From Bugula neritina (taxonomy: Eukaryota > Animalia > Bryozoa), in contig OZ037772.1 in the NCBI GenBank assembly GCA_964035545.1, forward strand, positions 8,921,150 to 8,985,149: a stretch of DNA of 64,000 nucleotides, given 5' to 3'. Within the stretch, counting starts at the first letter, position 1, and each line of letters opens with the position of its first letter. Under the pieces are notes generated by a model. The model had not been told where the DNA came from and did not search any database. It saw only the letters and a list, made by a program, of their open reading frames with translations. Position numbers and translations under genes: made by a program. Below are positions 22,501 through 37,585 of the stretch, piece after piece.

Positions 22501-25500
22501 AGTTGAGTCATTGTGAGAAACAAGAGTTGGGTGAGATATGAGCTGAACCATAAAAAAAGCTAACAACAAAGCTGGAGAAATTTCTAATGCCGCAATAAGT
22601 ATAATGGTAGACATCACTAACAGCCCTGCTTAAAAATCTGTCATGACAGGCAGGTGCACCTTTACTGCTAGGTTATGGCTGCTTTAGCAACTGCAACTAA
22701 GATATTTTCATAAAATAGTTTTAATATACATGTAGCTTAATAATAATTAATAATATTATAATAAAACATGTATGGTTTTTTTTATAACAGATATGAAATT
22801 AGCATTACAAACCTTTACTTCTAAAAATATATAATGAAGTTCAAAATGTTACACTAAAATTTATTAAAAAAACATGAAAATTTTTTTTTAAAATAATTGG
22901 GCTTGCTTTTACGCGGCTTTATTCTCATTAGTAGTTTTATATAGCTATAAGCGCTACTCACAGCTGCATCCTACAGAGGAGAGAGTGTGATGATTCAGCT
23001 GACATGTGTCACACTTAACTCCTTCCACATTCTCTTTACAGTGACACTGTCCTGTCAACTGATCGCAGGTGCTATTTACAGAACCGGTGACATCACAGTG
23101 ACACTCTGTAACAAGTATGTGACAAGTTGTTTCTATATACATCACTATGTAGTATTAAAATTGCTGTGGCTAGAACTTTACTTGGAATTAAAATTATCAG
23201 TGTACGAGAAGTTAAATACTTGTAAGCTATATTTGAATTTTTTTCAAGATGATTAGAAAATATTTCTCTAAATTCAAACTTCTTTATAACACAGCATATC
23301 TGTATAAAAACTGTTTTACAAACACTTTCATTTTGTTCAACTATTCAAGCAGACTAACAACCTACCGACACATTCTCCTAACACCTGTAGACCCCAGTAG
23401 CCATCTTGACACAATGAACAGCTACTTCCTGTCACATGATGATCACATGACTCACAGAAATCACCTGTGGTACCTACACGGCAGTTTTCACAGACACCTG
23501 TTGATAAGAACATGAGGTGACAAGTACTGGCATGTACTATGGCAATCCCATATATAAAGTGACAGGCTGACAGGTACTATGGTAATCCCATACATTAAAT
23601 GACAGATACTGAGAGGTAATGACAGGTACTATAGTAATAGTTATTGTAATAACAATAAAAAGCCCAAAGCTATGTGTCTTAAGAGAAAATTCAGAAGTAA
23701 AGCAAGCTTGTGCCTACGTTTCACGAAAAGTATTATTCAAATGCATCAATTGTAAACCAGCAGAGAAGTTTGTAAAGAAATAACCTGTGTTGGGGTGGCA
23801 TAGTGGGGGACCATCAGTGCGATCAGAGCAGTTACATGGAACACAGACACTGTGAGAGCCAAGGCCAACATTTTGTCTCCTGAACCCATCTTTACACTGG
23901 TCACATGACAAACCTGGATGGAAGCCAGAAACAATTGTTTTGACATTTTATTCAATGACAAAAAAATAACCAAATCAAAAATTAATGAGCAATGCCTTTA
24001 TAAGGAGAACAAATTAACCTTCAACCTCTGCAGTTAGGAAACGTGTAGCCACAAGAACACTTGGTTTATGCAAAAAAGAAACACTTAATTCTGAAGATTA
24101 AAACTAAGAGCGGGAAGGTTCTAAAAGCATAAGGCCTAGTAAATTACGCTCAAAAATTGATTATTCTAAGAAATAATTTTTTAGTACAAACTAATTTCTC
24201 ACGAAAAATAGAAAGTTCTAAAAATTCTAAAAATAAAAAGTTGAGATAAACATCTGAATGAAATGGGTAGAGAGAACACGCACCCCGGGTATTAGAGTCA
24301 GGCAAGCACGTGCAATTCTCTACTCCAGAATGAGGCTCTGTCTGTGATGTTATATAATCCTTTTCTGTTGCTATAGTTACCGAGACAGCAGTGTATTGCA
24401 AATCATCACGAAACCTGATGACAGGGTTTCTCTGAAGCATATCTGCAAGTTGAAATATTAGCAGAAATTGTAGAGAGTAAAGAGCAGACAACTAGATAAA
24501 AGGTTAGTTTATAATTTTCTATTGTTTTTTGCATACAACACACAGCAACTCCATTCACTCAACTTAATAAAATATATTCATTTTAAAATACAATGTAAAT
24601 ACAAAAATTATTTTCCAAAATAAGAAAAAAAACTCCACAGCACACCAAAATTTGATGATCTGTGACATTATTATCAAATATCTAGAGAAGCATTGCGAAA
24701 ATTATAAATTGTATAAAGGTACCAATGTCAACCATAAAGTACAGGCTATAGCCATAGGGTCTAATATATTGAAATATTGGCATGGATTGTATTGGGTTGT
24801 GTGGTTAACCAGCCCCACTTTCATTATTCTAGATCACACTATCAAAATTCAGCCATTGAACCAAGTTATTATTTCAAACAGTAACATTCGCTCCTTGAGA
24901 TCTAAGTGACACACTTGAGTGCCAATACATGGCATCAAGAAGGTGTTGATTAGATATTTTATCAAGTATACATTGTAAGCCTTACAATTCGCTATTTTTT
25001 CTATTTCTCAAGTACAAAACTCTTTTTCACTAATATAAATCAACTTCAGTGAAAATCAGCAATAGTTTATCAGATAGATATAATTTAAATCTAAATCAAA
25101 TCAATATACTACAGATTGCACTGCATCCAACAAAAAGCTGTAAGTCTTTGATAATAAATGCTACAACTTTTAGAGCTCTTTGGAGTCATTTTATTATATA
25201 GTATTGTGATATTTCTGTGTCTTTTGGAATACTTTTATTGTGAGTGAAACCTGATTATAGGCATGAGAAGACAACTTACGCATAAATTGATCTCTACTTG
25301 GAGAGCGTCCAGAAGATTTCAATATCCAATTACTTTCACTTAAAGACATCATTGTTTTGGCTCCACTACCTATTGGCACTGATTGATGAGCTAAATATTG
25401 GAGTTCAATGACCTCCCCAGTCTCAGTAGTAGATTCTACAAATAGAGATCAATTGTGAAGGGAAAGAGCCCTAATGTTAAAACTTAGTAGCTATGGTCAT

Positions 25501-28500
25501 ATCAAGAAAAGTCAACTTGTTGATCATAGAGTTTAAATAAGCCAAAAAGAAAAATCTTCAACTGTTGCAATGCTCTCAACATCAAAATAATATTTGCCAT
25601 TAATATAAAAAGATCATAAAAACACAGACTGGCCTGTGACTGACTCAGTTTGAAATAAAGTCATGCCTGCGAGTTCATTGTAAGTAGTTTGACCTGAAAC
25701 AGCACATATGTAACTTACCTATAGAAAGAATGCTGTCTGCTAACTCAATACTCCTATTGGTTGGTGTGACGTATGCAGTGATCACATGACCATATGATGG
25801 AAGCAGTGAGACAAACTCCCAGCCACCTCTTATATCAGTCACGTCTGCGAAGAATAATCTAGAACAAAAGGAAAAGTAAAAGTTGAAAATCTGATGATAA
25901 TCTGACGCAGGATTTAAGCATATATTTAAAAAGATAAAAAAATTAAAAAATGTTTTAGTAGTAGATAATTAAGAAAACATTACAAAACATGACTTCACAA
26001 AAAAATTGTATTCCAGCATTTCTCTTGACTTATTGTCATAATTCTGACAGAATAAAATTTGACTGAGTTTATCACTCCAGCCAATTTGACAAAAGCAATT
26101 AATTGCACTAATATAATAAAATAAACTATTATAACAAAAAACACTAATTTAGTTCAATAAAAAATTATTTTCTATTTTCATTAAGACATTTTATAATTAG
26201 TTGCTTTGTTTAAGAATTTGTATCGACAATTCAAAAAATAAGCATCTAATAAATCAAATAAATCTATTAAATTACTTAGTCTGAGAGAAACCGGCTGCAG
26301 GTAGACATTGTCCACTTGAATGGGTGGAACAGTAACAAGGTGTGCAACCTGCGCTGTTTCCAAGAGAGAGGCCAAACGTATCAGTTACACATTCACTGCA
26401 CACACGACCTTTAGTATTTCCTGTAATCACAGAACAGATAACCTTACTTCATGACACAGGAAATTTATAAGTCAACTCGAATACGCAAAAAGAAGCTACA
26501 GAAATAAAGTATTGTTATTGACGGTTTCTTTCATCAAAGTTTCAAAATCAAAGACATGGAAAATAAAAATTAAAAGAATTAATGAAAATCTGAAACTATA
26601 TAAACTTTAAAAATTGAATGTCCAAACATCAAACCAATTCTGTACACAACTGACTAAATACGGCTGACTAAATACCGGTGACTAAATACGGGTATATTAT
26701 CGAGGTAGACTTATAACTAGCTAGATGAGTCCATCAACAAATTAACACAGCCTTCAATATATGGCTATGTATTTGACCAGTAGCTAGGTAGGATGATTGT
26801 ACAAGTAGATAAGAAAAAGTGGGCCCTTGTGGTGGGGGCCGAGCGACCCCTCTTTTCTACGAGACTGAAAACCTCCGCGCCCCCCCCCCCCAGTCCAATA
26901 GCCAACATATATTTTGAACAAAATTACCACCAAAATAAAGTAAGGCAATACATATTAGCTACTGACTATAAACCCACATGAGTTTTTTTTTATAGATAAC
27001 GTCAGCAAAGGGTAAAATGAGTCTTTTAATGTGACTAATACCTTTACAGGGGCATTGCCCAGTCCACACATCACATATTTCGGAAGTAGAACCGCGGCTA
27101 TCGCACTCACACGGTCTACAAATATAAAAAATGATATATTCTAAATTTTTATTGTAATATATGTTGAGTACATATACATGCATATAACATAATCTTGGAC
27201 ATTAGAATAATGTAAGAACCAAACAAATAATGTCGCATTTGAACAAATTTGAGATACAATTAGCTAAAACTCTCATAAACTTTTTCAAGTAATAAACATA
27301 ATAACTGTACTTATACATTGCAGCACACATGCTATCCAGAAGTAAATTTGCCAATTATAGAAGAAAAGTAAAGGAAAAAATGGGCATACATAAACATACC
27401 TGCAGCCTGATTGGCTGAATTGATAAAACCCTGGAAGACATTGGTTACATTCAGGTCCGCCCACTCCATCCTTACACTGACACTCTCCAGTGCTGTGAAT
27501 ACACTGCTTCATTATACTTCCTGTAGTGTTACAATTGCAACTAGCGCATTCCCCTGAGGTGAGTAGATAACTCCCAAATTGACACAATTCACATCTACAA
27601 GGTGTTAAATGCTGTGTTATACGTTATAGTATAATTGATAAAAGCAGTATAATAAAACTTATATAGATCAGCTTACTTTAGTAAATAAAGCAAAATGACC
27701 CACATGATTATCATAATGTGAATAGCATACACTAAAATATACAACATAATAATTTACAAAAACAATTAACATAACGGTATTTGATAAACAAAGATTGATT
27801 TACATTAGAATTTTTATAATCTTCACAAAGTGATGTCAAAAACTAAACTATAAATTGCAAGAGGATACAACAACCTACTCAGTTACATAACAAACCTAAG
27901 GCTAAGGTGTGGCAAACCGTAAGTGTCAAGGTCACCGTAAGCAGCTACCAACTGCCTGCAGACGCACTGCCCAGTAACCGAGTTGCAGACGGAATGGGAT
28001 GAGCCAATCACATCGCAGTAACACTCTGCAGAAGAACAGATTGAAGAGGTGAAGCAGACGTCAAATTTATTATATAAACATGTGATTGCCTGAGTTCCTA
28101 GAATATTCCTGAGCAAAGTTAGGGCCATCAACAAAAGGTACCAAAATACATACTTTATACTTATCAAGCGGATTATCTATTATACTAAATTATACTACAT
28201 TATATTATATTATATTATACTATATTATTTGAGCAGCTGTGGTTTAAGCACTGCCTACTAAACACGAAGTCATGGGTTTAAACCCGACAAAGGCCATTGG
28301 TGATGTCAGGAAGAGCATCTAGTCATAATTGTTCATGTGCCTCATCTGAATAAGTCCTTAGCCAACTTAAAAAAAATCCCTTCAATCAGGGTTGTCTCAC
28401 AAGGATAGTGGCTATAAACTGGCTTGAGTTTTTATATTATATTACATTATACAAATATCATTTTATATAATCTATATTATACTATATTATATAACCAACA

Positions 28501-31500
28501 ACTACCACTATGTATAAGACTTATCAACTCACTTGTACAGCCTGAAGCACTGAGGCCATAGTACCCGGTCTTACACTGGTCACATGACCTCCCTGTGACA
28601 CCTGGCTGACACATGCACTGTCCGCCATACATGTCACAAGAGGTGTTTGGCACAGTGCCAATAATGTCACAATGACACTCTACAACATGGCAGAATAACA
28701 TATAGATAGTAATGGTTTTGACAGATATTAGCAGGTTTCTTGTCTGTTATTCAAATGGAGTGCTGAAAATATGAGCTTATGATGTAATAAATTGGCAGAG
28801 ATGAATTTAGGAGATTAAATCCAAAGTAATAGAAGTAAAATATAGTAAAATGCACTTTAAATAAGCCAATTGTGGCTTATGTCTTCTATCGTTAGTAGAG
28901 TTGCACGATTGTTATACAAGTTCAAATGTAGTTCAAGACAGAATATCACATGGTAAACACTAAAATTTGACAAATTGTTCGAGAAGAAACCATTACCTCT
29001 GGCCCCACCATACAATTCAGACATGCTTGAGTGAACCAGCAGTTTGCATCTTGAATCACTCCTTTCACTGAGCAACCAATCATAACACAGCTCAGTCTCA
29101 TTAGCCCCGCCTATCTTATTATACACAGAAAACTGAGACCAATCAGCTGCTAGCACTAATGTGTGCAGAGTAATGGATTCATTGATGGCATGTGTCACAA
29201 CAGTGATGTCATACTGACAGTTGGTTGTCAACTCCAGCAGGTGCTCTGAGAAATGTAAGCTAAAGTTCTGGGATGCTAAAACAAGCAAGTAACAATCTTA
29301 GAGTAAATACCATAGTAATTTAAATGCTAACCATCACATAAACAAAATAGTTACAATAAAAAATATTATAATTTTAAAACAAATTTGTTGAAATTTGATA
29401 AAACATAATCTAAACTTTCATGGGAATGAAATTCAATCACAATTCATAGAACAATATTCCATTTATTTTGAAATATCTTGTTTATGTTTTAGACTAAAAT
29501 ATATACAATCCCCACAAATAAATATCAATGCAATAGTATGCAAATTTTTATGAAAATCATCACCACGTCCTCATGATATCGTATTATGATACAGTTTTGC
29601 GCTATAGTTTAAAGCAATAAAATAGTTTTAGCATGATTCTAATAACAAGGCCGATACCTGGTAAAGTGAGATTGAGATTCACTTCCTGTACGTATGAACA
29701 ACCAGATTCGGCAGACATCGCGAGGCCCAATGTAGAAGGTGAAGGACTTTTGTATCGAATGCCCAACACGTATTTCCTGCAAGAGAAATAATGAGTTAAT
29801 GCTACGTGATATCCTTATATAATAAATGATGCCTAATTTCAGGCATTTTATTCAAGTTAAAACAATATATAATTAAAAGTTATCCTCTATTGGTTTTACT
29901 GAAGAAGACAGAGTGGGAATTCGACATTGTGGGGCTCATAGACCCCACTGAACTTTGTCTTAAATTCAAATAACAACAAAGAGTATCTGCTTTCACATGT
30001 AGAAACTCAGTGAGGAGTTATCTGAGCTCTAAACATACCTGAATAGGTTGTGGATCTGTGAGAAGTCAACAGAAACGCTGTAGATCACATGACTTCCGCT
30101 GCCACAAGCTACAGGTAACACCTGCTGCTGCCGTACTGTAGATAACCACTGTGATGACTGCTCTGTAGATTCATAAACCACTGAGCAATCAGTCGAGTTA
30201 AATCCAAACTCTGAAAAATATGAGCGAATATAGATAAAGCGGAAATGCCAGTCTGCAATATATTAGAGCAAAGTAGTAGTTAAAATGATGTGAGCATAGA
30301 AATGCAGAGCTTGTTGAATAGCATTAGTTCTAACATTAGTTTGTATCACAACAATTTTGGGTAGTCAAGCAAGTCCTTCAAAAATTCATTACAAAATTAA
30401 AAAACCGAGCCAACCAAAACACTACACCCTAATAGTGGATTACCGGGTTCACTGCTGGAAGTTTACAACTCTCATTTTGATAATGCGGATGGTTTGTAAA
30501 CTTGTTCATTTTCACCAGCAAATAAATAAACTGTTTAATAAACAACAAATACGAAATTGATTTTTCAATCTAAGAAATCTGAGAGAAGGAGAGCTGAGTA
30601 AGTTGACATGCACGTAGAAGCTGAAAGGTACCTATCAATGGGGAGGGAAGATAGAAACCAGACTTGACTAGAGAGCAAGTTCTACCCTCAATGTTAGGTA
30701 AACAATCACACTGTCCCGTGATCTCTGTGCAGTTAGAGTTAGTAGATGAACCAAGAACACAGTTACAGGCCAAACACTCCTGGAGTAGAAACATTAGTGG
30801 CAATTGCTACATTGTTAATTTCAGTAGCAGCAGCAGTAGCAATAGTAATAGTAGTAGTAGTAGTAGCAGCAGCAGTAGCAGTAGTAGTAGTAGCAGCAAG
30901 CAGTAGCAGTAGTATTAGCAGCAGCTGTACTATATACAAGCAAGGAATATTAGGTAAAGTTAGTGTTAGTTTTAGCCAGAAGTAGGAAACAAGATTACTA
31001 TGAAATCAACTAACCTCATCCCATGCACTGGGAAAGCTGTAATAACTTCCGATGCACTGCGAGCAAGTACGTCCAGATGTGGTGACCTTACAATGACATT
31101 GACCCATATCATCGTCACATACACTACCAGATATAGTCCCAAACTCGGAGCACTTGCAAGCTGCAAATTCAAAAGTAATTCCATCACTACTTTTCCAGCG
31201 ATATCTTGTGTCAAATGCATCAATTTATCAAATTTTCTCAACAAGGCATAAAGCCTAAATTCAGCTATCATTCAAAGTGTGATTTCAGTACTTACGTAAA
31301 CATTCACCATAGGTGTTCAGTCCGTAATAATGTGGCGCACATGTGTCACACTTATCTCCTATAACATTGTCTTTACAGGCACACACTCCTTTTTCATCAC
31401 ACTTTATGTCACCATCTATTGTGCCACTGGTGTCACACAAGCATTCTGAATTATATAGAAAGAAATAAATTGAGATATTCAAGCAACACAATGAGCAACT

Positions 31501-34500
31501 AGCAGTGAGAAATAGCGAGAAACAATGAGAGACCGTGAGAATTGTTGAGAAACAGTGATAATTAGTGAGAAACAGTGAGAAACAATGAGAAATAGTGAGA
31601 AACAGTGAGAATTAGCGAGAAACAATGAGAGACAGTGAGAATTGTTGAGAAACAGTAAGAAACAATGGGAATCAGTGAGAAACAACCAACAACTGTAAGT
31701 CTTTCATTTGTACCTCAAGCACATGCAAGTGAAATTGAGGTAAATGCTATGTGAAACTTGAACAGTTAAGTTCCGTGTGGTTAAATAGGTCTGATGTGGA
31801 ATACCTATACATATGTCTGTAGAATTGAGAGGAAGGGTTGAGTTGCTGTAGAAACCATCGGCACACGTGTTACAGAATGGACCAATCGTATTGTCTCTGC
31901 AATCAAGACACATCCCATGTCCCAGAGTTTTGTTGTATATACATGCATCAGCGTGATTGTTACATTCACATTCTACAAAGTAACATAATATAATAATGAA
32001 TACGACAAGTGATGACAAGTATCTTCAGCTGAGAGTATGACAAGCCATGACAAGTTGTAGCAAGTGTCATCAGCTGAGAGTATGACATGGCTTGGTTAGT
32101 GAAACTGCAAGAAGTGAAACTTTCCCACATTTTGCAATATGCATTTGATGGTTCACCTTACATAATTTCCCTGTATAAATAGCCTATTTTACCTGTGGTA
32201 GCATATGCTTTGTAACCACTGTCAAATCTATCTTTTAAATTGCATGAGTTTAAATTATCTCCTCATGTAAAATACAATGTTTTTTTCAAAAATATATATA
32301 AATCAACCTGCCTTTGCTAATCATATAACAATCCAAGCTCAGGTATGAAAGTAGACTTAGTAAACAAAAAGCAAATAGTTTAAAATTAAGTACATCATTT
32401 CAATAATATGAGAAAACTACTTATGAGCAGAACTGACCTTGACATTCGTTGGCTTCACCTTGACCTACAGGCAGATAATAGCCAGGTCTCCACTCTCTGT
32501 TGTTGTATAGAGGTAGGCACTGTTCGCAGTTGATCCCAGCAGTATTGTGCCGACACTCACACAGGGTTTTTCTGCCCTCTACGTGACATGAGCTGGCATG
32601 GAGATTACAAGAGCATCTACAACGTGTAATACACTGTTACTATGGATACTGTTACTATGGATACTGTTACTATGGATATTGTTACTAAGGATACTGCTAC
32701 TATGGATACTGTCACTATATGGATACTGTTACTATGGATATTGTTACTAAGGATACCGTTACTAAGGATACCGTTACCATGGATACTGTTACTATGGATA
32801 CTGTCACTATGGATACTGCTACTATGGATAATGTTCAATAGAGATACTTTTACTATAGATATGGTTACGTCGAATACACTTGATAGTGAACACAATTCAC
32901 AGGAAAACTAATCTAAAATAAGATCACAAATTTTCATCATAAAAAATTTGGTAATCAATATCATCACAAGTTAGAGCAGTAATACAAAGTCATATGAAGA
33001 ATTTCTCCTTTCATTATTTCAAATAAACTCAGTTGCTACAGTTAGATTATTAATAGAAAACAAAAAGCCTTAGCTCACACAAATGTGTTAAATTGTCATT
33101 AAAACTAAAATCCAATAATAAATCTTATTATACTCAGTCTAACCCTGAATTTAGTTCCTGAACATGCGAGACAAAAATTTTGGTAACACATTTAAAATGT
33201 CCATACTAAAAGTATATAGTTTTTAACAACCTATGACGACAGAGCATTTTTACACTGCATATAAACTCCATCTGCACATTTAAAACAGCGTAGCAATACT
33301 TACACTGCAGTTATGTCAATATTAGAAATGGCGTAGTAATATTTCAGCAAATTTATTCCAGCATTGAGCTCTTCGCCATCTGTTGCAGGATACAGTAGAT
33401 TCAATCTAATATCAGTAAACTGTAGAAATCTTTGCCAGTTAGTGCTATTATAAGACTGGTATAGAGATGCTATGTCATTAAACTCTGCTCCCAAGTAAAT
33501 TTGATATCTGAAACCAGAAATACAGGTACTAAGAGAAAAATACTAAAGTCAAGGTAATTAATGACTAGCATTCGATAAATTACTTCAACTGAACGTTTCG
33601 CAATTCCGATATAAATCCCTTAAAAACTTTCTAAAAAAAATTGAACTGTTACAGAGAGCAATTATATATTATTTTATTTGTGAAAAATGTATTTTTGTGA
33701 ACAGCACTGAAGTTATGATTAACTTAGCTCACTTTGAAGTAATTGAGAAAAGCTTGAGCTATAGATGAGGCTTTTCAGCAAGATGGAAACCAAAAGTTTA
33801 GGAAACACATCAAAATGAACACTGATGGAAGGATAATTTTACATTACAATAAAATTGGCCAAAAATTACAATGCTGACTAAAATGTGAACGATAAACTTC
33901 ACTGCTTGGGGTAACAGTAACTACATCTGAATTACACAGCTACATTAAACTACACAGCTACAGTAAACCACAGAACTACAGTAAACCACAGAACTACAGT
34001 AAACCACAGAGCTACAGTAAACTACACAACTACAGTAAAACACAGAACTACAGTAAACTACACAACTACAGTAAACCACAGAGCTACAATTCAATCCCTC
34101 AACTGCAGAAAATCACAAAACTACAGTTATACTTAATTAGTACCTGCTTAGTACATCAAACACAACATTTCCTCCGGAGTATGGCAGTGTATCTGAGTAA
34201 GACTGAGAACAAATGATAGCCTGAGATTCATCACCAAGAGACGATGAGGAGGAAATATTGAAGAATGTTAGACAGTCCTTGGAGTAATACTGCCATGTTT
34301 CCCATGTTACACCATTATCTATTGACCTCTCAATTACCATTGACCTTGGCCGAGCTGTAAGCAATGAAGAAGCCATTTTTAGGCTATGCTACCATCTTAT
34401 GATAATTATAATTTAGTCATAATTTAGAGAAGGTACAGCTAAACTGAGTCACATGCTACTAAAGATGGTCACCAGTTATTCAATAATTTAGCAAATTAAA

Positions 34501-35414
34501 AAAAAAATAAAAATCAATTAGAATACATTTTTGATACAGAATACAAATTACAAAAATCATTCACTTGAGATAAACAAAACATTACATGTTGTATAGTTTA
34601 CTGTAAGTTTTGTAAGCATGGCTATGGAAATCAACTAACCGGAATGAAAGGTTAAAACAAGGTCGTCTGTAAGTCTGTAGAGTTTATTGAATGATAAAGT
34701 GAAAGTGATCTCTAAAGGTATAGGATATGACAGCCAGGAAACACTCTGCCACCACGTAGACATCAATGCATCCACAGCCATTGTGACCGGGTGTGAAACA
34801 AGAGGAGTTGTCACATCACATAACTGATCACAATCCTCTGAGTCATCTTCCTGAATCAAGATTAGTTTATAGAAAAGTGTTTATAAATTAAATAAATAAA
34901 ATAGTAATTCAGTTTATATACAGTTGATATGGAATAAAGGTCGTAGCTAAATTTAAGTTATTAATACAAAAATAAAAATCTTAAATTTATTAAAAATGAA
35001 TATGAGACTGAAATAACTGGACACATAGTTTTTGACTAGGTCACCTTGAGTATACATTGATATTAACATTGACAATATCATTACGAAACATTAATGTGAA
35101 CAAATCAAGAAAAAAATTATGTAAACAATGGTCTACAAAGTTAAATAAGTAGTGTGAAAGATTACCAGCCGGCAATAGTTAGAGGGAGGATTGCCACATG
35201 TACTATTTCTTGGCATTACTGTAATATCTTTGAGCAGGTTTTCAATTCGCAGTAACTGTTGGGCTTCGGTGAAACATGCCTTGAACATCAGAACACCGAA
35301 GGAGTTTTCACTCTCACATGTTGATGCTGCTTTATCACTACCCTGACCAAAAACCACTGCGACATTTGCAGTAAAGTAAACCAGCTGCCAGGATAAGCTA
35401 TGCAAATGTTTCAT
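16547..35414 (-). CDS. Laminin chain with beta/gamma hybrid short arm: signal peptide - LN - LE - IVB(LF) - LE - IVA(L4) - LE - coiled coil; about 33 exons
   Basis: LN exons 35414-35166, 34850-34640, 34354-34144, 33507-33304 (STCG..P..YC, TWWQS, RPRSMVIERSIDNG.TW..WQYY, YYYAISNI). LE exons 32616-30632. IVB-like exons 30210-30039, 29776-29658, 29275-28997. LE exons ~28680-26275. IVA-like exons 25858-25719, 25435-25280, 24442-24284. LE exons ~23913-22962. C..CY.LV junction at ~22466, then heptad-rich exons to last exon 16702-16547 (TGA). Some coiled-coil exon borders are approximate. Confidence 0.92.
19091..19203. repeat. (CA)n/(CACG) microsatellite
   Basis: Directly visible; abuts a laminin splice donor at 19206. 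Confidence 0.95.
20182..20510. repeat. (TAG/CAG)n compound trinucleotide repeat
   Basis: Directly visible gtagtagtagcagtag runs in a laminin intron. Confidence 0.95.
28231..28420 (+). mobile_element. tRNA-headed SINE copy 4 (laminin intron)
   Basis: GAGCAGCTGTGGT...GGGTTTAAACCC..AAAGGCCATTGGTGATGTCAGGAAGAGCATCTAGTCATAATTG...GGCTATAAACT. Confidence 0.85.
30822..30925. repeat. (AGT/AGC)n trinucleotide repeat
   Basis: Directly visible. Confidence 0.9.
31503..31685. repeat. Degenerate 10-11 bp tandem repeat (AGTGAGAAAC)
   Basis: About 17 degenerate units in a laminin intron. Confidence 0.85.
32631..32860. repeat. 15-bp minisatellite (GATACTGTTACTATG)
   Basis: About 14 units directly visible; explains spurious ORFs 32617-32895 and 32642-32911. 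Confidence 0.92.
33935..34090. repeat. 17-18 bp minisatellite (CTACAGTAAACCACAGAA)
   Basis: About 8 units directly visible. Confidence 0.88.
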
Positions 35415-36338
35415 GCTCTTACTCAGTGTCTGATAGCTATTCTCACACTTGCAACTAGAAGAGCCAAATTATTATTAGCTGCCTATAAGTATAAGTTACG
35501 ATTTGTGACTTTGAATTTGTAGACCTGCTTGAATTCATAATGACAATTTACTTTTTGACTTTATTTGACTTTAATACTGAGTAAGGCTAAATCTAAATGT
35601 GGTACTCAGTACCGTACTGGTATTGAAGCATCAATAGCCGAGAAAAGGACTGACTAAGTCTAACCGTCAGTGTACGACGTAAGACTACGAGTAAGTGTAA
35701 GTGTAACTAGCAGTAGCCGTAGGCGTAGCACCAACACTAACAGTACAGACTGGGTATCAGTATCAGTAAACAGGTTATTACTGCTGATTAGTCAAGTGCT
35801 TCTACTAAATGTGTCTTTTTGAATCGAAAATACAGTCACAGCGCTTCTACACAAGGCTTGTTTTCAGGTTTTGTACTTTGTTGTGCCCAAAAGCGTTTTG
35901 AACTGGGAGCTCCTACCAAATTAATATTATAAACAACGTTTGTGGGATTGTGTTGTCGCAAAAGATATATCTAAAACCTAAACTTATTTTATTACAAGCT
36001 TTTTCCAATAAATACGAACAAATTATTCTAACTACTTTTAGGAAACTAGGTTTTCTTTCAACAAATCAGAGCATCTATGTGCGACCTTCAGCACAGAAGA
36101 AAGTAAAAGTCGTGTGTATCCCCCAATAGAAACGTATTATGATTGGGTATATTAGCTAAGTCAAGAGATCTAGTTTCAATATGTACAGGAATTTACCAAT
36201 TTGAATTTAGTAACTAAATTATTATTAGATTTAGTTTTATAATAACAAAAACGTTATATATCAATCACTAATACAAATGTTATAATATTTTTTTATTATA
36301 CTATTTATTTCTTGTGTTTAAAAGAGGTCATGGTGTGG

Positions 36339-36515
36339 CTATTACTATTACTATTACTATTAGTATTAGTATTAGACTTAGTATTACTATTAGTATTAGT
36401 ATTACTATTAGTATTAGTATTACTATTAGTATTACTATTAGTATTATTTTACTGCTTCGGCTCAGCATTTGACTTTCACTTTCACTTTGTTCTACTACTA
36501 CTACTACTACTAACC
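36339..36515. repeat. (TATTAG/TATTAC)n low-complexity repeat
   Basis: Directly visible; source of the poly-Leu/Val ORF 36312-36596. Confidence 0.9.
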
Positions 36516-37585
36516 TACTTCTCGAAGTCTATTACTATCGGCATACTCGTAGTCATCGAGATACTGGTAGTACTAGTAGCTAATGAATATGACTGACTTA
36601 AAACACTAACACTAACAGCACATAGACATATAAGGTATGACAGTTGACGTTGTACTTGTAATGCAATTGTGGCTTGATTCTTGAAATCAATTAAACTCCA
36701 TCTTTGTACATTTCAATTTGAGATCAAAATCTGTTTATGTTTTTAGACAGATGTAGTAATTTTTCTCCAATTTATCTCATCACTATCCATTCCTTTACCT
36801 GTTATACTTTTAGTTTAATTTTCACTTAATAATAATAATTGTTGCTAATATTTTTAATTTGATTTATACGTATATATTTGCTCAAATTGCTCAGTAATAC
36901 ATAACTTTGTATAGGCATAGCCTATATTATATAGAAAATATAGCCAACTCAGGCGATGCACTCTAAACCAGTGTTGTTGTCACGCTGCTGTTTTATTTTA
37001 TTAGTGATTAGTGTAAATATATATTTTTTATATAATTTTAGATTGTAAATTTTATTGCGGTTTGTGGTAAATAATACAGCTCTTCACTTTTTTATTTGCT
37101 AAATTATTTTTGTTGGTATTGCAAAGGCAGCTAAAAGCATTTATTGTGAAACATATAATTATTGTAGTTTAGTCAATTTTAAAAAGCGTTGTCATCATCG
37201 GAGCACCATTACTAGCAGTTTATTCTAGATAAAAAAAGCTATTAAAACTTCTGTCAGTCATTTGCCTGAACTTTATTGACTTCAAAATAATGTTGTTTCA
37301 TTATAAGAGGTTGTTTTTTATTTCAAACTAATTTAAACTATTAATAAATGAAGTCTAAAACAGTTCTAAACGCTTTCACTTATTTTTTATAATATAATCT
37401 TTGCTATCAACTAGACATGTTTTGTAAATGCTGTTTTTTACTAGCTGCTTGCAACATGAAACTAGAAGTTCACTTCTTGAATTCAATTTCACTCAACTTG
37501 AATTTTTTTTAGTTTATTTATCCTAATCATCAATTACACTGAGCAGAGGTTCTCAGAAGGAAGTTATCTTATCTGCAGAGTTGCT

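Noticed and set aside
26793-26981. GC-rich ORF with poly-Pro
   Set aside because: Antisense inside a laminin intron; poly-C run, probably a repeat fragment.
32617-32911. Repetitive hydrophobic ORFs on both strands
   Set aside because: Translation of the 15-bp minisatellite.
36312-36596. Poly-Leu/Val ORF resembling a transmembrane protein
   Set aside because: Low-complexity TATTAG/TATTAC repeat.
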